Below, piece after piece: positions 49,901-64,000 of a stretch of 64,000 nucleotides of DNA. Position 1 is the first letter of the stretch. Every line of letters begins with the position of its first letter. Under the pieces are notes generated by a model, which was not told the DNA's origin, searched no databases, and saw only the letters and a program-made list of their open reading frames with translations. A program made the translations under genes and the position numbers. The stretch comes from Balanoglossus misakiensis (lineage: Eukaryota; Animalia; Hemichordata), in the NCBI GenBank assembly GCA_040954595.2, contig CM082578.2, forward strand, positions 15,484,998 through 15,548,997. The letters are read 5' to 3'.

Positions 49901-52900
49901 AGAAGGCTTTGATGGCATTCCGTGATGGTGCTACACCTAATGAGCTGCAACCAGTCTTGCAGGTCTGTAAAATCACAGCACTGTTGGATTTTTTGCAAAC
50001 TTGGATTTTCTGACCCTATAAATTAAACTTTATGTGACTGTATTTTTGTTTGTACATACTGACTATGTTCATATTTCTCAGACTGCTGAGTATATACATG
50101 TACATGGAGTTTTCAAACCAGAATTAGATTCACAATTTCATGACGATTAAAAAAGTTGTGCTTAAATTTAAGAGTGTTGTTTGTCAAATCTCCAGTGCAT
50201 GACACATGTTTGACATAATAGTAAGTGGTATTGGACCAAAATCTGGTGATGGAATTTCAGAACCAACAAATAAACCCGTGAGGGTAAACAATCTTTGTGT
50301 TTTACATCCCTTTTCAGGAAACAATGAATTTGATCACCAAGTCACAAGATCAGGAATACAAGCTCTATACCCAGAACACAGAGCCTGTCACAGCTAGAGA
50401 ATCTGGGGTACCTCCAGCTCCACTGCTGTTATGCAGAACTGATAGTACCATGGTGTTCAAACCAGCACCCTTCAACCCACCTCAGAAGGTAAGCAAACAT
50501 TAGTTTTGCGCAATGAAACTGTAATTATGTGTTGTGTGTCTGAATGTTGAAATCATGTGATTAAAATGTATCATGTATCAGTACCGGTAAATGCCACATC
50601 TGTCAGTGTGTGTCTCATTATCAGGAGAGAAATCTTTAGCCACTCCAAAAAATTTTTTTGTTATAATTATATCATTTATTCTTATTTTTTATTATCTTCA
50701 GGTTGCTTGGTATCGTTTGTTTGGCCGTACTGCTTCTGGAAGCAACGTCAAAGTCAGACTCAATGATTATTTCCTGCAAGGCACAGGTGATGAGGTATGT
50801 GTGGGTTACAGCTTTTACAGTGCTCTGTCTGATGCGTATGCTTCTTCATCATGAGTGACTGACTGAATGGACGAGTTAGAGAGTGAAAGTGCTTGAGTGA
50901 GTATGACTGCATGACTGACTGACCAAAGGTATAGTCAATTTTACTGATATGTGTATATTATCCCCCCCCCCCCCCAGGTGCCATCATATGACTGTGAGTT
51001 AGCTGTGTCTGGTCTCAAACCCAACGAGAGATACGTCTTTGCTGTAGCAGCTTACACAGCAGAAGGACAGCTGATTGGTGGCAGTATTGGAGATACCAGC
51101 AAATCCATCCTTGCGTCTCACCCGTTGCCCGTACTCATGGCCTGGGCTTTCCTCAGCCAGGTAGGGTTACCAATAGTCAACAAATCTAATTGATTTGACA
51201 CATTGAAAAGCTTCTTTAATGAACATATACACAATATATCCAAATCCTAATGAAGCATTGTGATTTATCTTCTGCCGTTTGATGTTTGTATTTGTAGGCT
51301 GCATGTCAGGTCCAATGCTACTCCATCGCCCAGACAGCTGGTGAAGTTCTGTGGAGTCATTTTGTTGCCCCGGCACCTCCTCCAGACCATGAAATCTTCA
51401 AAGAGACAGCACAGAGAGACTTTATGTTGACGCTCAAGAAGTTAGTAGTACTTTTTGATATTGTTATCACTTTGTAATTTATATCCTATTACATATCTTG
51501 CAAAATTTGCAAAATACTGTTTTTAAATCTGAATGCGATCATTGACGATCTAGATATTGTAGCATTATACATGTAATAAGGATTTTAGTGATGCACTTGT
51601 CTGCAGATTTTTATTTCTGCTTGTGTGTGCAATTGGCACAGCTTTTCTGATTGTAAATTACACCTGACTTTGCTTTGCATTAGGTTGAACAAGCACACAG
51701 TATCTGTATCATCCCCAGTGCTGCTCAGAATGTTCCTGGGTAGTGTCTTCATCAATGTTGATGTCAGTGCTAGAGAGGGCGCACTCTTCAGTGATAAGCT
51801 GTGTGATCAGGGACCTTACTATCCAGGCCAGGTAAGTGTCACTGTAATAGAGATGGATAGTTTCAAGCTTTCATGAATGGCAACAACCAAATAACCCTAT
51901 ACCCATCTCTCCTCCTCAACTATCCAGATGGGTCGTCTTGGTCAATGCGAAAGGATGCTGGTTGCCATAGAGTTAGCTGGTTGGTTGAATGAATCCAACA
52001 TGGCATTACAAGCTGTGGTACAGTGCTATGGTTTGCTGGCTCCTATGCTGCATTTCAAGATTCCGTCCATTCCCGTCTTACAGGTAAGGCACGCAAGAGT
52101 TGAAGTGGGTTTTTTTCACTCACAGAGTGCATTAAAGAAGTATTTGGTCTTCTACAGTGTGTATCTAATTCCCTGGCTGTCATTGCATACGTAGTACACC
52201 TAAATCCCTCACATAGTTCCTCACGTTTTGATTGGTTGACTCGCCAGGTGTTGATGAGATGTCAGGCGGTCTTGCAAGAAGTTCCCATCAGCCTCCGCAT
52301 TCGACGCCAAGTCTCCATCAACGACAGCATACATCACATGATCGCTACAATTACATACTATCTGACCAAAGTGCTGAGAACAACATGGAGACAACGAGGC
52401 TTGGCGAACAACGTCATTGACGGTGGAAAGAAAATGCTGAAAGAAGCAGTCAAGGTAAGTCAGGCTTCTGAATTAACTCTTCCACTGCAGGCGCATGTTC
52501 ATATAAACTTTTCCCTTTGTGGTTGACAATGTTTACTTGTTTATACTTAGTCTATCAGATTAAGTTAACAACGGAATATATTAACATTTATTTATAAACA
52601 TGTTGCCGATACATATAGTGGTAAGTAGCTGTACACTTGTACATTTAAGTATGTAGTATATAATTCCACACTTGAAGCCTAAAATACTTAAGTAATCATT
52701 TATTGACAGGAAAAGGAAGGCCAGAACAAAGAAGGAGGGGCAATAGACACTGTGGATAGTTTAGAAGGTGCGCAAGGCACTGTGGGGACTGGAAACGTAC
52801 ACACCAAGAAGAAGAAAATCAGAAGACCAGGTCAGATGACGTACAATGTTGAGGGACCGCAGAATGAGGAACTGAGGGCTCTGGAAGCCCATATGTTGAA

Positions 52901-55900
52901 ATTATCCAAGATGGGTATGTCTTTATGCTGCTGTATTTCATAACTGTGTCTTTGTTCAATTAGTTCAATTAGATTTTGAAGGTAAATATGATGTGCTCAA
53001 CACTTTGTCAAATATTGTCATTCAGCATTATGTTAATGGTGGTCCCTGTGCTATTCAACCACTAATCCTACTTTTTAAAGTTATCAACACCATTCTATAT
53101 TTAGTCCATAAAATTGACATACATATGTAAAGTGGTTTGTTCACAGTGATCTTCATCTTTTATTTTCAGCTCAAAGTTCGGATGAGTTGACAGGGTCTGA
53201 AGATCCTAATCTGTTGCATGCATATATCGCAGCCTTGCCAAGTAGGCATGCATATAAGGAAGGTAAATGTTCCACAAACTCACATTCACAGTACAATGTT
53301 TTCCTCAAAAGAGCTCATACAGAAATTTGAGAAAATGAGATTTCTGTATGTTTTTATCTGAATTAATACAGCTTACAAGTACATGCAACATGTGCATCAG
53401 TGTATAATAACGCAAACCTTTCCCTTGCCAGTTATCAAGTTCAAACGCCGTACCAGATTCTTAGAGTTCTTGGTGCTCGTGGTGCAGAAAGCTTTGAGTG
53501 AATCACAATGGGATGTGGCTATAGATTGGTGTGAAGAAACCATGGACTGGTTGCACAAGTAAGTCAAGCCAGCCAGCCAAACAGCCAGCTCTTTAGTGTA
53601 CGCTGTGATTCCTGTACATGTATTATGAAAACATGTGCACTGTCATTTTTACAGTATTGAATTTTTTCTGTCTAAATTTTTCAAGACTGTATACCACAGG
53701 GAACTCTACATGAACTGACCACTATCACTGCTTTTTGTCTCCTAATTTATCAATCAGACGGAATGAAACTCTGTCGGCTGTCAAGGCTACTTTATCCAAG
53801 CAGCCTGGAGCAGTCACAGTGTCAGGTGATGATCCAAAGAAATTTGCTGCAGCAGTAGTCGAGTACAACAAGGTCAGTTTGACATCTTCTAAAGTCTAGG
53901 TGACATTTTGAATTATTGCATCAGTATATAATTGTTAAATTTTACTCAACTTTCAGAAATACTTGTGTCTATCATGCTTTGATCGAAATTGATCCTTGAG
54001 TTTTGTGTTTTCGTCTTCTGTTCAGAATAAACCCCAGGAGAAGTCCCCTGAACAGAAATCTCCTAGGAAAAAGAAAAGAAAGTACTATCTACTGGTCAAC
54101 AAATCCGATTGTAAACTCCCAGATGCTGAGAGAATGAAACAAGAAGACAAAGAAGAAAGGGTGAGAACAAACTGCATGACATTATTCAAATTTCAGCGAT
54201 CATTCATCATCATGTTTTTAATATAAAAGAGAACTTATTGAGTCTTAGAGACTGTTTCGGCTTGTCACATATGTTCAACTTCAACTTCGCGCAGAATTAC
54301 TGTGTGTAAATACTGACTGTTTTGTTTTGTACATAGGCTGTTGATGTGTTGGATGCCATATTGCCTGATTACTGGCACACCTATCACAGACGAAAGAGAT
54401 TGAGGAAAATCTGTACTGATGAGTTGCCATGGAGATGTCAGGTAAATAGAGTGTAAATGGCAGTGTCCAATTAAAAGACGATTTTAAAAATCAATGGGGC
54501 ACACTCTTCTCTTTTTATTGCTCCATGTACTACATACATGTACTCACTAACTATACTTACCATTTATCATCACAGATGAATATTCTACAAGGTCTGTGTC
54601 ATTTTGCCCAATTTCTCAACAAGATAGAACTCCGGGAAAAGTTCATGCATGGGTCAGCCACAGATATTTTCAGGTTAGCAGATTTAGTCACTTCATGAAC
54701 ATTTACTCTTACTTTTTCTTTTATATCACATGGGCATGTCTTAGCCAATCCTGAGTACTGATTATGTGTGAGGTTTGCATGATCAATATTTTCATTTGTT
54801 TGACAAGCAGTGTAATTACCGCAACTCACTATTTTTCTCAATTTATTTTTCAGATCCTCGTACTTGGACCATGAGTGGTTTGTCTTCGAGACAGCTGGCA
54901 CGCTGGTTGTTGGATGGGAGGGTGGTCCCTCAAGACAGGCTACCAGGGGGGATTACAGACCCCCGACCCACTCTGACCTTGTTATGGATCCCCTCCAACA
55001 GATGGACTTCACTGAATCAGAGAAGGGGGGCTACAACACAGCCATTGATATAGCTGCAGCTGCTGCTATTGGTATGTGCAGTACAATGTTGAAGTGTAGA
55101 GAGTGGTTTTGCTATATGGCTGGGGACATTGGCAAATGTCGCATTACATTTACCTGGGTACCACCCTTACTGGGAGGGCTGTGTTTGAACCATTGGCGGC
55201 GTACATGTATGGGGTTTCTGTGAGCAAAACATCAGATTACCTGAGAATACTGAGCAATACACTGACATTCACTTCTTACCTATAATTTTGAATTGTCTGT
55301 AAGCTAGACATTCCTTTGTGTGCATCAAATATTCACTAATTCAAGGCATTCATGTTTGACAGTTTCTTAATGTGTGTTGATTGTGTTTAATCACTGCAGG
55401 AAATGCCCCTCCACCCATTCCTCCCCCACCAGAGGACAAGGATGACGACACTCCCAGGACCTATCGATCGGACGATAGTGGGGACAAAGGTGCCAAGACT
55501 GCAACACAAGCTGCGTCAGAGTTTGAGTCGATCTCTGTCAAGACAGCCATGCAGGAGCTTCAGAAGACGTTTGACTTCTTCCAGAAAGCAGTGGTAGGTG
55601 TAGCCAAGTGGTTGGAGAAGTCATGGCAGTACAGAAGTCAGTGTCTGTATCAGTGGATTGGAGTGGGTCAGAACTTTTAGTGGTGTGCTGGACCACTTTA
55701 TTTGAAATCGAAAACACACAAAATGTCATGTTTGCATGTCTTTTGCACATGGAAGTTTTCATTACATCTGTGTGGCATACTGTTTGACATACATGTATAA
55801 AACTTAAAAGTACACCAACTTTAATTACACTTTTTCAGCTAGCTTGGAATGTCTACTTGCAACACTGATGTGAGACTTTTTCCTGGTAGTATTGGGCGTA

Positions 55901-58900
55901 CCTTTACTGTATCATTTCATGGTTACAAAATCACAGGAAGACAATCATATACAACATGATATCCATGCACAACGACTAACAACATTCAATTTCCAACAGG
56001 TACTTGCACATCGTGGACATCACTGGACCTTGTTACAGAACGCATGTCGGTCACTGTGGAACTGCGCTCACACTGCACTTCTGCGGGCTTTTGCCAGCAG
56101 CACTGGCAGTGGGTCTGGTGTTGTCACCACGGATCAGTTGAGACAGATTGTATGGCAGCCTTTCTACATTGCCTCAGATTGCCTGCTGGATATGATGGTC
56201 TACCTTCAGAATGAAGAGGAGAAAAGGGCAAAGGTGAGTAGTTTCTCTGATACAGAAGAATCTCACACACCCAAGCACCTGTGGTCAGATTTCTTACACG
56301 AGTTGGGGAGGTGAGTGTGAGAAATCTTGGATAACGTTCTGGGAAACATTGACTATTGTAATGGTATACATGATTAACACATCATGGCAATAGACATTGC
56401 TTGTCCATTTGTGGATTGACTTTGATCTAGATAAAAACCACCATTAGTGTACAGTAGGCAGCAGTAATGTAGATTGAGATTTGAATATTAACATGAGCTC
56501 ACCTGTGTGTACTTCAGAAGAGGAAGAAACCTCAGGTCAAAGTGAACACCTGGATGGGATCAGTTACAGATGAGAAAGGAGGCGCCAGTCTCAAGTTTGA
56601 AGAACCGCTTGATGACATCACTTCCATTGATGCACGCTGGATCAGACGTATGGTGATGAGAACCATTGAGATTCTCTATTATGAACAACGATGGGAGAAG
56701 GTGGCTGAGATGGCCATGAGATTCAATGTCATCACACTGTGAGTATATCCAGTTCAGTGAATCTCATCATTCGGTGGTTTTCCATTGTTGTATAAAAAGT
56801 CTGGCATCAATATTTCGGTGATAACACCAACCGTAAGGTGTTACTCTTACCAAGATCATGGTAGCACAACCCCATCTTCTGCACTCCTACCCCACTATCA
56901 CAAAAAATAAAGAACAACATTATACCACCTTGTAATGTGATTATCATAACTAATTGATTTGATTTCTCATGGTTTCAGTGAGAGATATTCCCAACAAGTG
57001 AGTCCACTTCTGGTACAGGCACAGAGGAAACTCATCAATCGAGTGGATGCCTATGGAGGTCCACCCCCACCACAACCTCACTTCAAGAGGGCTTCAGAGG
57101 AGGCTGGTGGCATCGCCATCACAGCCAAGAATTACCAGGAAGTCCTGCTGAGAGTGGAGGCTGATCCTGGAAACTATAAACCCATTGATCCCGGTGGACA
57201 TATTGATCCGGAGGGCCATGATGTCTACTTGGGTGAGTTAGTCAGATTATGATTCTCGTGACTTTTCACAAAAGTTCAGCTGTGCATAACACATTTGCAG
57301 CAAAGCCAACCTGAAGGCACATTCCTCTTGATTCATGATGTGGCTTATACATTGTTATTATCATAATTATTATAAATGTAAAAAATAAATGTTCGAAGAC
57401 AAGATTAAATTTTGGTGAATCCTTTGTAAATTTCAGGACCAGCTGATGCATACAAACTAGTGTGTGTGCCTCTGGACGTGACTGACAGTTTGACCACCTT
57501 CCGAGATGCACTGGATGTGTCTCATTACATAGCCAGGGCATTGCAGCACAGTCGGAAACTCATGGTGTTGTACTTGGCTGGGCAGCAAAATGGTAAGTTG
57601 CAAAGGGATTTGGTGATGGTGTAATCATGTCTAAGGGTAAACCCTACTGATGACACAAGAGTTATAGAAAAGACTGTAGATGTGTTTTTTGGTAAAATGT
57701 TCAAATATTTGGTTGTGTGCATTGACTTTTCTTAGGCATTTTGAAATGCTGAGTGTTATTGTACTGGTAGCACTAACACTTGCAAACTCAGTATTTGAAC
57801 ATAGAACAAGAGACTACATGCAGTTGATACACAGAATGAAAAGTCCTGCATGAAAAGTGAAGAGTTATAGCTATAGGTACTGGCCATTAAATAATAGATC
57901 TTCCATGATTCTCGTGACTTTTCACACAAACTCCAAACACTTGGAAGAAGACTTAGTTTGACTGAATGGTGCTGTTCTTTTCAGCTACACGAAGTCCAAG
58001 TCGCATGAGTACCTACAGCCACGTAGAATTCGCCGACAGTGAGGGCAATCCACAAGGACCAGCACCGCCTGATATGATGAAAGATGAGTTCAAATCCATT
58101 GCTGACGTACAGAGTGCGTCCTTACCCAAGTCACAACTTGGTGTGGTCATTGCGTCCTACGATAAAACCATAGAGATGTTACTGGCCAGGAACTACCGAG
58201 GCCTGGCGTCACAGTCGATGCATGAATTGGGAAATATACACTACCATTCTGGAAATATCAGGTATGTTGTTTTGTGTACATGTATACTTATATTTACTAG
58301 TGATTTTGTGGCGATAGGGATACTGGTTTTTGTAGACTCTATAATACACGGTACAGTGTATGTGGTTTGCAAGCTTCAACATCGTTTTCAAGGAAATCAA
58401 ATCCATTCCCCTTTTTGCTTGATTTCTTAGGGGTGCCTACAAGTGGTGGGCTGAGGCACTGGATCTGATCCTGAACACCCGAGACACACTTCACACTTGG
58501 AGAGACCTTCTGTCCAAGAAGGCATCAGACCAAGACGACAGCGCCAAGTTATTGGAAAGATGTGGTCTGTGGGGATGTGTGCTGGCTGGAATACTCACAG
58601 CAAAGATTGCTCAGTACGTATAATGAAATTTAACCCTTCCACCCCCAGTTTCCTTCTTTAGAGGTCCAACCTTACCATAGAATAATGGATTTGGACTGGA
58701 GCATAATGGTGAAAAGGGTAATGGGGACCATGGATGATTGACGGACTGTGGATTGTATAAGAGCCTCTATACATCCATGGATATGGACACATGTTTTCAA
58801 TTTATTTTATTTTTTAACAATAACTTTATTTTTCTGAGAACTAAGCTCAAAATATTAACTGGGAATTGTGGTGTTCTGTGTTGTAGATATATCCTGACAT

Positions 58901-61900
58901 CAGATCTTGGTCTGAGAATGGAAAGCTGTTTCCTATCCGCTGTGTTGTTCAAAGCCCTGTTCCGCACCACCTTACCGCATCCCACAGCAGACAGAGACTA
59001 TGCATTGTATGAAGTAGGGGAAGGCTGCGAAGTGCAGTATCTGCTGCCAGGAATTGATCTTCTGTCGGATAGATTCCGATGTGATGGCAGAACTCTAGTG
59101 GCTTGTCTGAGATGGGTGACAGAGGAATTGTCAAGAGGCAGACATAATTTGATGGTGAGCTCCATTTTATCCATCATACAAGAAGTTTTCATTAACACAG
59201 TTGTTTATTTTCATCTTGCTCAGTTCCACCGCTTTTCTGTGTGTGGATCCAACCACAGTCTCTCAAGAAAGGGACTGTGATCCATATTCCTTGTCACATT
59301 CATTAACATTTACAGTATCTGAACATTTGCTTTTCCCAGGTCTTACCATTGTTGACCTTGTACCAGTATTTCACAACATTTGTATGCAGAGACTTGCAGC
59401 GAGCTGTAGATGGACGCATTCTCAAGGTAATAAGAATTTTTGTGTGTAATATAAGTAAATGGGTTCTCAGTAAACCAAAATACTAGTACTAAAATACATG
59501 TACACATGATGCTTAATGAAGAATGCCATGTTTTAAATAAATCACATAGTAGTTAGTACTGCTGTGAATTCAATGTCATTTCCATTTTCAATCTTTTATA
59601 AATATTCTCGATTTTGCAATGATATGTATACAATTATGTTGTCTGTCACTGCGCAGGTGAAGATTCTGACAGACTTGGGATTGTTTAGTGAGGCCATCAC
59701 AACATTGTTGCGCTTACTGCATGGGGAAAGACTTCCTCAGACTGCAGATAGTAACTTCAGACAGGTGGAATCAAGAATGGTGAGTTTGGCAGTTAATGAC
59801 ATTATTGTTCTCTTTGGCCCTTTTTTTCACTATAGTCATAAAGTATCCAATCCTCACAGTATAACCAGATGTATGTTTTACAATGTATGTGTAAGATTGA
59901 TTTTTTCTTCTGTGTTTACTGTGACAGACTTCACATCAGTTCAACACGAGCAAACCACTCTTGGAACCCATCAACCTCAAGGTGAGAGAGCACTGTCATT
60001 GACATGATGCAGAATCATTTGGTCAAAACTTCGCCCATGATGTCCATATTCATGTCAAAGATTGTTCAACTTCAAGTGTTGATGTATTGATCAAAATGCT
60101 ATCTTCTAAAATAGTTAAAACTTACATAAGGTTGCTTTTCTAATCTTTTGACAGATACTAGAAATGTTGTTAGAGAAACGTTTGTCACCCGGTCTGGCTA
60201 CCTTATTTGGTGCCCATCTGACCTGCCATCTGTCACTGGTACAGTCACACCTTCTGACAGCCATTGCTGATACTATAGCTGTCATGCCAGAGTTTGAAGA
60301 AGAGGAAGAAACGTATGTATGCCTGTTTTGCTTTAAACAGTCTGTGAAATTCAACATTTTCATTGTCATCTGTCACCAGTGAAGAAATGAGTAATTTAAA
60401 AAAAAAATATAATGGCATTTGGGTAATGAACTGTTGCAAGATCAGAATCCTTGCAATCACTTTGAATTCAATTTCAAGAATCTAACATGCATGCAGGACA
60501 ACTTGAGATTTGTCTTTGTGCATCTAAAAGTTTTTTTATTAAAATTTGGCAATTGATGTGTCCAGTCCACCAGAACCCACTCGCAAGATGAGCACCAGTA
60601 CCTTCAAATCCACCAAACCACCACCTTCCACAACTTCCAAGAGAGCCGTTCCTAAGACAGTGGACGAAGCACTGGGTAAGTACAAATGTACATGATATGC
60701 TCACATTATACACTTTCTCTGTCACACATGTACGCACCCGGACTCGGAATACAACAACGCATTATACGATTGGACACCATGGGTTACGGCAATGGGTGTA
60801 CAATAATATAATACATCTATCTCCATGTTATTTCAGCTACAGAAACAGCAGGCTCTGATGACAGTGCCAGTGAGACTGAAGACACAATACGTGTCTTCAC
60901 CGGAGGAAACACACCACCAACACTTGAAAGAATCAAGGTACATACACAGATTCTTGTGTGTGCATTATTTTATGTGCTGTTGATCGTGACTTATAACTGC
61001 CACAGAGACAGCAGAAGCAAGACTTGTACATGTACTGTCTATATCTCTGTCTACATGTATGAGCAATGGGAAATATGACATATACTATTTTCTTTTACTT
61101 GACAGGGTATCTTGTTGAGATCATCTGAGCAATCACTTACCAGTCTGTGTGAAACCATCACAGATCAAGGTAATGTTTCTGAGAATTTCTCAAAATGCTG
61201 GCATTGTCATTCCTTCTCAAAATGATTTTTTTTTCAACATCTGTAGAATGTATAAGGGCATTTCTTGAACAAAGTTAATAACCATAGCAACAGGTTGCTG
61301 GCCATGCAAGCAATATAAGTCAGGCTTTGTATGAAACCAGAATAGCTAGATTGTAACTTTTGTGCCATTCAACACAGTGGGCCATGTGTTGTTTGTCATG
61401 TGTCTCATGATAATGGCCTCTCATAAACTGCCCAGCCATGCAAACCTCAGATCTCACGTTGTCTCGTGGAGTTCAGAAAATGGTCTATTGATTGCTCTAT
61501 TGTTACTCACAGGTGGCGATTACCTGGCAGCCTCGGAGCTGGAATTGGTTGTGCTGTGTAAGCTTGAGATAGCAAACATCGCCAGGCAGCGTCACCTTTC
61601 TAAGACCAGCGCTGATGTGGTTATCTCTGCCATGAAGTTGATCCAAGGTGCCAGGGTCTTTGAAGAAGCAAGAGAGTCAGAGGCAAAACACAGGTATATA
61701 TTATATGCTGCCTGCTGTGATTTGCAACTATTAGTTTAGTTGTTGTCTGGAAATGTTAGTCTGGAGAACTTCTATACTTCTAGTTGATGAGTCAAATAAC
61801 TTGTTGCATTATGATGAATGTCAAAACTTCTAATTCTATATTATTCTACTATAGTATTACCAGTTCACAGGCTCTTGAAATCAAAAGCAAGCATGATGAT

Positions 61901-63991
61901 TCTACTGCCCAGTGAGCCTTAACTAGTAGTGCAACACCTCCAACCTTTTACCAGAAAAACTCATTCTGTTGTTCCTTTTTAACTCTCTGGGACAGAAAGC
62001 CCACAACATGGTAAACCACAAGATCTTAAACTTTCAATTCTCAATGTTTTTATAAATAACGCGTGGATATTCCTGTCGTAAATATTGCAGGCCTTCGTCT
62101 ATGCGTGGTGCTCGCAGCAGACCAGAGCAGGACCTAGTGACCATCACACAACCCAACAAATCAAGCCAGTACCAATATCAGAACTTCCAGAGCCGTTCCC
62201 GGCTGGACGCACGATTGTGGCTGGACTGCCGTCTGGCGCTGGTCAAAGGGCTCATGGGAGAGATCAGAGGAATGGGACAGATTGGAGGTGAGTGGAAAAA
62301 GGAGAATATGGTGTTCTAACAGATGATGCATCCTTCATTTGTCTAGAAAATGGATGGTGTGTATTTCTATGCAAGGCCATCTGCATGTTGTACCTTCATG
62401 TGCCAGTATGTCTGTAATTGATCTTGTGAATTTATGACACAGTGCATAATGAAAATGTCGACATGAAAAGGAACCGGCTGTCTTTCTATCTTGTGCAAAT
62501 CCCAGATGACCTGCATTAATAGCAGGAGTGCTTTTTGTACAGCTGTTCATTATACTGGATGAATTGTTTCAGTCAGGCCCAATTCTTCTCCCAGCTAGCA
62601 CTCAATCAGGATGACCATCATCTGTTGCATCAAAATTCCTCTTTCAAGTGCACTTTTCTACACCATTCATGTCAATCGTGCGCCGGCTGTTTCATTTGTT
62701 CCAACACCATTCATTGTTATTTCCAGGAAGCTACATACTATGGAAGGTTCAGTGAGTGATATGAGTATCATTAGCAGAATTTGAAAATACAACTCATGCG
62801 TGCCTCACTGAAAACACAGCGATCAATCTTTTTGCTGATCAAGGTCAATGCATCATTGGCTGATCTTGGTTCATGTAACAGCTGGACTATAGTTCTACCC
62901 TTGAACGATTCTGAAAAAGTTGATGCCATGATGGATTATAGATCAGACCTATATGAATTCCGGGATTAAAATAATGATCAATGGGAAAAGTACAAATCAG
63001 GGATGAATGACAGTGTTTAAATCAGGGCACAATCCATTCATTCTGATAGTGATTTTGGAAAATCTTGTGCCATAGTTAGAACAATTTGCCATGTATAACA
63101 AACTGTTTTGTCAGTTATACATATTTTCGTTTTAACTGAAGGGAAAATAAAGCTGAGCAGACCCAGCTACCCTGTGAACTCAACTATTTTCACAAAACAG
63201 GGGCATACGCCACTTAAAATTCCATTGGTACAACTATTGATTGAAGGGAATTTAAGACAAAGCACTTTTGTAAAATTTTAGTCATCTGTAAATAATATTT
63301 GCACAGCGGGTATTAAATAAGTCCGTCTTTCTGTATTTACATGAATTGGTAACATCCTGTAAATTGTATAAAGAACATGAGAATGTCAAAGTGTAGATTT
63401 TTAAGAAAGGAAGAAAATGGTAAAGGGTATTGAAAGATCCATGGCTATTACAACAATAACTTTTTGGGCCGGGTTTCAATTGAGGCCTAGCACTTTTTGA
63501 GGTTCCACATGTGCATAGCGTGGGTGAGTGTTAGAAATAAAAAGTAGGGTATATGGATTTAATAACCAACAGAGAGATTGAATATGCACAGCAGAAATAT
63601 TACTACATGTACAATGATTCTTTCCCTGTAGTATGGTTTTGGTCAATGAATATCACACACTTTCAATTTAGTTGATCTTTGTGGAGGGGTGTGTCCAAGT
63701 GTGTTCAAATTCAGTTGCATTTGTTGTGTATGACTGAGTATAATCATCCACAACCCCTAAGTTGGAAGGTTTCTGTGTGAAATACATAAGCTAATGATGT
63801 TGTCTTAATTTCTTTGAACAGGCAAAGAGAATGACCTGGATCTACCCGACTCGCGCCAGTATTGTGTGGAGGGACTGGCCGAAGCAGAGGCTTGTGGGGA
63901 CATAGAAATACAGGCAGAGTTCTTGCTGTTGGGTGCCATGATTGATTTGCATGAAGGTCGTAGTTTAGATGACGTCAAGCAGGTGTTACAG
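40897..63991 (+). CDS. CFAP54: Cilia- and flagella-associated protein 54, many exons, 3' end beyond the window
   Basis: N-terminal exons give FYSDKKNPVIAAFEDECKLFIQFTRKK..LFGLWNKYEARLP..KLIEMGDFLVSVKEYNMALWQCYGRYLDQF..LCWLVYNGTIHIYSVSRHLM..YLLWRTTLYTAVCQCYYD..FARRALGKINELSQLE, matching recalled CFAP54. Later exons (FN3-like VSGLKPNERYVFAVAAY, VLAHRGHHWTLLQNACRSLWN, LFRTTLPHPTADRDYA, RLDARLWLDCRLALV) continue in GT-AG structure to 63822-63991. Confidence 0.92.
41291..41488. mobile_element. PIF/Harbinger-type MITE in CFAP54 intron 1
   Basis: Imperfect TIRs of about 23 bp (gggactggtcagtttcatcagcc / ggccgaagaaactgaacagtccc) flanked by TTA on both sides; internal poly-G and poly-C tracts. Confidence 0.7.
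45971..46053. mobile_element. Short piggyBac-like MITE
   Basis: ttaa|ccctttcaccccca...tgggggtgtaaggg|tt; related copy at 58634-58718. Confidence 0.5.
47228..47408. mobile_element. Tc1/mariner (pogo/Tigger-like) MITE
   Basis: cagtcaaacatg ... caggtttgactg|ta termini, with internal repeated gacaggt units. Confidence 0.55.
58634..58718. mobile_element. Short piggyBac-like MITE, degenerate
   Basis: ttaa|cccttccaccccca...ggtgaaaaggg; similar size and termini to 45971-46053. Confidence 0.4.
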
Positions 63992-64000
63992 GTGAGAAAC

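Overview
AT-rich, intron-containing DNA from an invertebrate animal (GT-AG spliced genes, ciliary genes, many small non-autonomous transposons; the species cannot be fixed from the sequence). Gene order, with exons assembled by hand and phases checked: 3' part of a C3orf84/CIMIP7-like ciliary gene (+); FOXRED2-like flavoprotein A (-); HPDL-like Fe(II) dioxygenase (-); FOXRED2-like flavoprotein B (+); a two-exon secreted basic protein built from L-x-R-V-K-R repeats (-); a somatomedin-B-domain family-B/adhesion-like GPCR (-); PUS7L (-) head-to-head with CFAP54 (+, runs off the window). Two things stand out. (1) A compact FOXRED2-like/HPDL-like/FOXRED2-like enzyme trio whose flavoproteins lack the ER signal peptide, a candidate animal-encoded small-molecule (tyrosine-derived phenolic, possibly halogenated) biosynthetic cluster. 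(2) A 234-aa secreted protein carrying about 10 copies of a motif resembling the proSAAS PC1/3-inhibitory hexapeptide LLRVKR. Also seen: tiny P-element-like footprints with 7-bp target duplications, RFX X-boxes at the ciliary genes, and a young hairpin-ended repeat present twice. Family assignments come from recalled sequence motifs, not from database searches.
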